Shown here: in pieces, positions 59,349 to 64,000 of the stretch
Position numbering within the stretch: position 1 is the first letter of the stretch
Layout: every line of letters starts with the position of its first letter
NCBI RefSeq assembly: GCF_028368995.1
Contig: NZ_JAQNDL010000003.1
Span: forward strand, 192,001 to 256,000
DNA from: Nannocystis bainbridge
GTDB taxonomy: Bacteria > Myxococcota_A > Polyangia > Nannocystales > Nannocystaceae
DNA length: 64,000 bases
Reading direction: 5' to 3'
Translations under genes and position numbers: made by a program
The notes under the pieces: generated by a model
What the model saw: the letters and a program-made list of their open reading frames with translations, nothing else
The model's database searches: none
Told to the model about the DNA's origin: nothing

Positions 59349-59975
59349 ATGCACAACACCCCGCGCATTCTCGCCCTCCTCGCCCTCCTCGCCCCCGTCG
59401 CCTGCGACGTCGACGACGACACCGCGAACGCCGTCGGCGAGGGCGTCATCGGCATCGGCATCGAATCGACCGAGTTCGCCGAGCTCGACATCGACGAGCT
59501 GACCGACGCGACCGACCCCTCGTTCGCCTGCAGCGACGCCGGCTGGAACTCGTCGTGGGCCACGCTCGAGGACCAGGTGCTCACCCTCGTCAACCAGAAG
59601 CGCGCCGCGGGGGCGGTCTGCGGCGGCGTCACCAAGCCGCCGGTCCCGGCCCTCACCGCCCAGGCCCAGCTGCGCTGCGCCGCCCGCAACCACTCGAAGG
59701 ACATGGGCGACAACAACTTCTTCAGCCACACCGGCTCGAACGGCTCGGCCTTCAGCGCGCGGATCACCGCCGCCGGCTACGTGTGGAAGGCCGCCGGCGA
59801 GAACATCGCCGCCGGCTACGCCACCGCCGCCGCGGTCGTCAACGGCTGGATGACCAGCACCGGCCACTGCAACAACATCATGAACGGCAACTACAAGCAC
59901 CTCGGCATCGGCTACTACAACGCCCCGAGCTCGACCTACAAGCACTACTGGACGCAGGACTTCGGCAAGAACTGA
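59349..59975 (+). CDS. CAP/SCP domain lipoprotein
   Basis: Lipobox PVAC; LVNQKRAAG..CGG, AARNHSKDM, FSHTG, GENIAAG, WMTSTGHCNNIM and YWTQDFG. Confidence 0.93.
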   Translation: MHNTPRILALLALLAPVACDVDDDTANAVGEGVIGIGIESTEFAELDIDELTDATDPSFACSDAGWNSSWATLEDQVLTLVNQKRAAGAVCGGVTKPPVPALTAQAQLRCAARNHSKDMGDNNFFSHTGSNGSAFSARITAAGYVWKAAGENIAAGYATAAAVVNGWMTSTGHCNNIMNGNYKHLGIGYYNAPSSTYKHYWTQDFGKN

Positions 59976-60053
59976 GCCCGCCGCGGTCCGCTCTCGGGGC
60001 ATCGCCGTCCACCCGGTGGATCGGCGGTGCCCTCATTCGTCGCCGCGCCGCCC

Positions 60054-61295
60054 TCAGCCGACGTCGAGCTCGATCGTGAAGGTCTGATCGGACCCGGTGA
60101 GGTACTGGTCGTACCACGGCGAATAGGTGCGGACGTGCATCGTCCGCCCGTCGGGCTCGAGCTCGAGCAGGCGCAGGTAACCCTCGCCGCCGAGGTCGCG
60201 GTGCTGATAGTTGGAGAGCATCTGGTGCACCACCCGGCCGTGGTCGTTGACGCTGGCCAGGTAGCCGGAGCCGTCGCCGAGCACGTGGCCGTTGAGCGTG
60301 AGCACGAAGCGGTGCTGGCGGACCAGCTTCTGCCACAGCTCCTCGCCGTCGTTGACCCCGCCCGCCGTGCCGTAGCCGTGCGGGTTGTAGGCCTGCGGGT
60401 GCGCGCTGTCGTTGTGATCGTAGCGGCGGTCGTTGTGGTTGAGGTACGCGTGGGTGACGAGGATCCCGAGCCGCTCCGGGTACAGCGACATCACGTCGTT
60501 GGCCCACGCGATCACCTCGTCGCGCGGGCCCCACTCGAGCAGCAGCGCGACCCATTCGTGGCCCGCGGCGTCGAACAGGTGGAACGTGTTGTCCAGCTTG
60601 CCCGCCTCGTACGACCCGCCGAAGCTAGGCATCAGCTCGCTGTCGTCGAACGAGAACCACTTGTTGAGCAGCGTCTCGCGCGTCGAGGCGTTGCCGTGCG
60701 GCCCGTAGTCGTGGTTGCCGGGGACCACCCCATACGGCACCAGCCCGTCGAGTTCGGCCATCGCCGCGCTGGCCCGCTTCCACTCCGAATCGACGTTGTT
60801 GTGGACCATGTCGCCGAGGTGAAACGCGAAGACGATGTTGCGCTCCACCGCCTTGCGGGCGATCCATTTGGTCTGGGTCGAGAACACGCTGGGGTAGCGC
60901 AGCGAGTAGTACTGCGTATCCGGCAGGACCGCGAAGGTCGTCGAGCCCTCGACGAACAGCGGCAGCGACGGCGGCCCCGGCGGCCCCGGCGGCGGCTCGG
61001 GCTTCGGCTCGCCCGGCGGCAGCGGCCCGTCCGGCATCGTGTTCAGCGAGCAGCCGGCCTTGACCTGGCTGACGAACTCCGCGTCGCGCGTGCTGACCAG
61101 GTCGGCGTCGACCTCATGGTTCGGCCACACCTCGCACGCGCCGCGCGGATCGTCCGCGTCGCCGCCCTCCTCGCCCTCCTCGTCCATCAGCGCCGGCGAA
61201 CCACCGGGATAGTCCTGAAGCATGTCCTGACACGCGACGAGCGACAGGGCGGCGGTGACGAGGCCGAGGTACCCGCGACGAGGAGCATCCACCAT
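60054..61295 (-). CDS. Calcineurin-like metallophosphoesterase lipoprotein
   Basis: Lipobox LVAC; PDTQ, HLGD, GNHD, VTH and GH motifs. Confidence 0.9.
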   Translation of the reverse strand: MVDAPRRGYLGLVTAALSLVACQDMLQDYPGGSPALMDEEGEEGGDADDPRGACEVWPNHEVDADLVSTRDAEFVSQVKAGCSLNTMPDGPLPPGEPKPEPPPGPPGPPSLPLFVEGSTTFAVLPDTQYYSLRYPSVFSTQTKWIARKAVERNIVFAFHLGDMVHNNVDSEWKRASAAMAELDGLVPYGVVPGNHDYGPHGNASTRETLLNKWFSFDDSELMPSFGGSYEAGKLDNTFHLFDAAGHEWVALLLEWGPRDEVIAWANDVMSLYPERLGILVTHAYLNHNDRRYDHNDSAHPQAYNPHGYGTAGGVNDGEELWQKLVRQHRFVLTLNGHVLGDGSGYLASVNDHGRVVHQMLSNYQHRDLGGEGYLRLLELEPDGRTMHVRTYSPWYDQYLTGSDQTFTIELDVG

Positions 61296-61373
61296 GTCCC
61301 GATCGTACCGGCAACGCCGCCCGCTCCGCCGCGCGTCCGCTGGGATTCACGCCCTCACGCCTCGCAGACACGC

Positions 61374-61387
61374 TGTCTCGCGCGACA
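61374..61387. repeat. 14-bp element copy
   Basis: TGTCT-CGCG-CGACA upstream of the phosphoesterase gene. Confidence 0.45.
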
Positions 61388-61638
61388 GGTTACTGTCACG
61401 AGAGGTGCTCGCCGCGGCGATCCTGCGCGACGTCGGCGAGCGTGCGTCGCGACGATCGCCGCGATCGGCGAGCGCTCCCCTCGGCGCTCGTCGACGAAAT
61501 TCTCTCGCGCCCCTCGCTGCCTGACCGCGACGAAAGACGCCGCAGACTGTCTGCATCGATTCGGCGCAGCCGAGGTCGTGCATCGGAGATCTGCGCTCCC
61601 GCCTCGCCGACCGGGCGCTTGCAGCGCCAGCGCGGAAA

Positions 61639-62763
61639 TCAGCTCGCCGGGCTCGCCGGCTCGGTCGGGTTCGCGGGCAAGCCCTCCTCCGGCGGCACCA
61701 CGTAGAGCGTGCGGCTGGGGAACGCGAACTCGTAGCCGAGCCCTCGCATCTCGCGGAGCAGCTCGAGCAGCAGCTGCTGGTGGAGCGCGACGAACACCGA
61801 ATAATCGGCGGTGGTCACCCAGTACACGACCTCGTATTCGATCGCCGATTCGCCGAGGTTGACCAGCGCGGCGCGGTCGAGGCGGACGTGCTCGCGCCGC
61901 TCGACGGCCGCGCGCAGCAGGTCGGGCAGCCGCTCGAGCAGCTCCTGCGGCGTGGTGTAGACGACGCCGATGCGCAGCACGACCCGCCGCTCCTGCATGC
62001 GGGTGAAGTTCTGGATCCGGCTCGACAGCAGGTCGTTGTTCGAGAGCACCAGCTCCTCGCCGCCAGAGGCCGCGAGCACGGTGCTGCGCATCCCGATCCG
62101 CCGCACCGTGCCCGACAGCTGGCCGACCTGGATCGAGTCGCCGGGGGCGAACGGCTTGTCGACGATGATCGAGACCGACGCGAGGATGTCGCTCAGGACC
62201 TTCTGCACCGCCAGCGCGATCGCCACGCCGCCGATGCCGAGGCCGGCCACCAGCGCCGTGATGTCGATGCCCATCGCCGACAGCGCCACCAGCATCACGA
62301 TCGACCAAACGATCACCAGCCCGACCAGGCGCAGCAGCGCCTGGGCGATCGGGGTGACCTGCGGCGACGCGCCCTCGGCGTGCACGTGGCGCGCGAACCG
62401 GCGGTCGACCAGATAGCGCACGATCGTGCTGGCCCAGATCCCGCCCTGGACCATCCCGCCGATGATCAGCGCCACGTGGATCCGGTGGTCCCACCGCTCC
62501 GGCAGGTCGAGCGTCACCGACGCCAGGCGCATGCCGATCAGCGTGAAGAACCACCCGCGCGTGCGCTCGATCAAGGACGCGAGCGTGTCGTCGACGTCCG
62601 ACTCCGTCCGCACCGCGTGCTTGCGCAGCCGCCGGGTCGCCACCCGCCGCACCAGCATCAGCGTCGGCGTCAGCGCCACCAGGATCACCGCCGCGGCCAG
62701 CCACTGCAGGCCCGTAATTCCCAGCCAGGTCCGCTCCAAAAGCGATTCGACAGCCTCTACCAT
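61639..62763 (-). CDS. mscS: Small-conductance mechanosensitive channel
   Basis: ALVAGLGIGGVAIALAVQ, DKPF.PGD.I, GTVRRIGMRST and FAFPSRT. Confidence 0.92.
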   Translation of the reverse strand: MVEAVESLLERTWLGITGLQWLAAAVILVALTPTLMLVRRVATRRLRKHAVRTESDVDDTLASLIERTRGWFFTLIGMRLASVTLDLPERWDHRIHVALIIGGMVQGGIWASTIVRYLVDRRFARHVHAEGASPQVTPIAQALLRLVGLVIVWSIVMLVALSAMGIDITALVAGLGIGGVAIALAVQKVLSDILASVSIIVDKPFAPGDSIQVGQLSGTVRRIGMRSTVLAASGGEELVLSNNDLLSSRIQNFTRMQERRVVLRIGVVYTTPQELLERLPDLLRAAVERREHVRLDRAALVNLGESAIEYEVVYWVTTADYSVFVALHQQLLLELLREMRGLGYEFAFPSRTLYVVPPEEGLPANPTEPASPAS

Positions 62764-62828
62764 GGCGCGGCGAGCATAGCCGAATTCGCCGCGCGCGCCA
62801 CGCCTGCGCGCGTGCGTGAAGCGTCAGA

Positions 62829-62880
62829 GGACATGCCTTTGAGGACATGCCCGAAAGAGCATGCCCGAAGAGACATCCGG
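62829..62880. repeat. 14-bp element array (4 units)
   Basis: ggacatgcctttga/ggacatgcccgaaa/gagcatgcccgaag/agacatccgg. Confidence 0.85.
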
Positions 62881-63069
62881 TCTGGCGCCGACTCGGTCTC
62901 CGTATACGGGCCGGCGGGTCGGCGCGGGGCCCTCGTCGCGCGCCGGCGCGGGGTGCGGCGAACCCGCGGGCGCCGATGCGGAGCCCCCGCGCGGCCTCTG
63001 GCGGGGGGCTACGCTGTTTTCGCGAGCGGGACGGAGGAGCCGGCGGCGCTCACGTATCCTTGTCCCGCC

Positions 63070-64000
63070 GTGATCCCGGGGACAGAGCTGGCGGAGCTGC
63101 TCGACGACGGCCTGCTGGTCGTGTCCCACACCGGCGAGGTGCGCTCCGCCAACCCCGCGGCCGAGCGCATGCTCGGGGCGGAGCGGTCGGCGTTGCTCGG
63201 GCGCGACCTGGCGTCGCTGCTGCCCGGGGCGCCCGAGGGCGCGCTGCACGACGCCTGCGCCGGCGCCCGCGAGTCCAGCCTGCGGGCGACCGACCGCCGC
63301 GGCTTCGGCCTGGCCGTGCGCGTCGTCCCGCGCGCCGCCGACGCGTGGGTGTTCCTGCGCGGCGAGGTCGACCCCACGCCCGCGCCGATCACCAACGCCG
63401 ACGTCGTGCGCACCATCCTCGACCACGCGCCGGTGGTCCTGTTCGCCGTCGACGCCGACGCGACCATCACCCTGAGCGAGGGTCACGGCCTCGCCATGCT
63501 CGGCCGCGCCCCCGGGGCCAACGTCGGCCGCTCGTGCTGGGACGCCTACCACGACGTGCCGTGGATCCTGGACAGCGTCCGCAAGGCCCTCGCCGGCGAG
63601 CCGGTCACGATCGTCGGCGAGCTGCGCGGCCGCGTGTTCGACGTCCACTACGCCCCGGTCCGCGAGGGCGCCGGCGACGTCACCGGCGTGCTCGGCGTGG
63701 CCCTCGACGTCACCGAGCGCGAGCGGGCGATGGAGAAGCTGGCCTCGCAGCGCTCGGTCCTCAAGTACCTGCTCGCCAACGTGCCGCAGGCGATCTTCTG
63801 GAAGGACCGCCAGTGCCGGTTCCTCGGCTGCAACCAGAAGTTCCTCGAGCACACCGGCCTGACCGACGAGCGCCAGCTGCTCGGCAAGACCGACCACGAC
63901 ATCTGGGCCAGCCCCGAGGAGTCCGATTTCTTCCGCCTGATGGACGAGCGGGTCATGTCGAGCGGCGTGCCGATCCTCGACATCGAGGAGCCGCTGCGCC
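63070..64000 (+). CDS. Multi-PAS sensor protein (partial, runs off window end)
   Basis: Open frame from GTG 63070 with three PAS domains: LDDGLLVV...ANPAAERMLG; LDHAPVVLFAVD...VALDVTER; IFWKDRQCRFLGCN...LGKTD. Confidence 0.88.
   Translation, partial: MIPGTELAELLDDGLLVVSHTGEVRSANPAAERMLGAERSALLGRDLASLLPGAPEGALHDACAGARESSLRATDRRGFGLAVRVVPRAADAWVFLRGEVDPTPAPITNADVVRTILDHAPVVLFAVDADATITLSEGHGLAMLGRAPGANVGRSCWDAYHDVPWILDSVRKALAGEPVTIVGELRGRVFDVHYAPVREGAGDVTGVLGVALDVTERERAMEKLASQRSVLKYLLANVPQAIFWKDRQCRFLGCNQKFLEHTGLTDERQLLGKTDHDIWASPEESDFFRLMDERVMSSGVPILDIEEPLR

Noticed and set aside
62829-62880. Match of GGACATGCCC to the p53 half-site RRRCWWGYYY, or to the MrpC site
   Set aside because: The p53 match has no biological support in a bacterium and is treated as coincidence. 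The MrpC consensus as I recall it (TGTY-N8-RAC) has longer spacing than TGTC-N6-GACA.

Overview
High-GC (visibly ~70%+) bacterial chromosomal DNA. The gene style points to Myxococcota, most like Nannocystis: about 20 lipoproteins with '..ACGDD..' lipoboxes followed by Thr/Ser/Pro linkers, Cys-rich secreted proteins, a vWA lipoprotein and a MYXO-CTERM tail. This taxonomy is inferred. The window is an accessory region with about 60 CDS and a few gene remnants. I saw no rRNA, tRNA, CRISPR, transposase or integrase. Many long ORFs in the supplied track are antisense or frame shadows. Highlights: (1) a compact terpenoid locus (P450, HAD phosphatase, and a class II cyclase resembling Streptomyces drimenyl-diphosphate synthase) next to a truncated RND adaptor gene. 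(2) A dispersed intergenic 14-bp element, TGTCC-N4-GGACA, found singly and in phased tandem arrays at about 10 sites. (3) A four-gene module (TPR-wHTH regulator, beta-propeller, MCPxC peptide, DUF899) with four direct repeats in its control region. (4) A TyrDC-like decarboxylase divergent from a heme-c-fused DBH/PHM-type copper monooxygenase. (5) Eukaryote-like secreted domains: fungal Tos1/YJL171C-like, APCDD1-like, RCC1 and CAP. (6) A lipoprotein with six tandem 47-aa repeats at an exact 141-nt period. (7) A protease/FG-GAP/Cys-lipoprotein cassette. All family assignments come from motif recognition by eye, not database searches.
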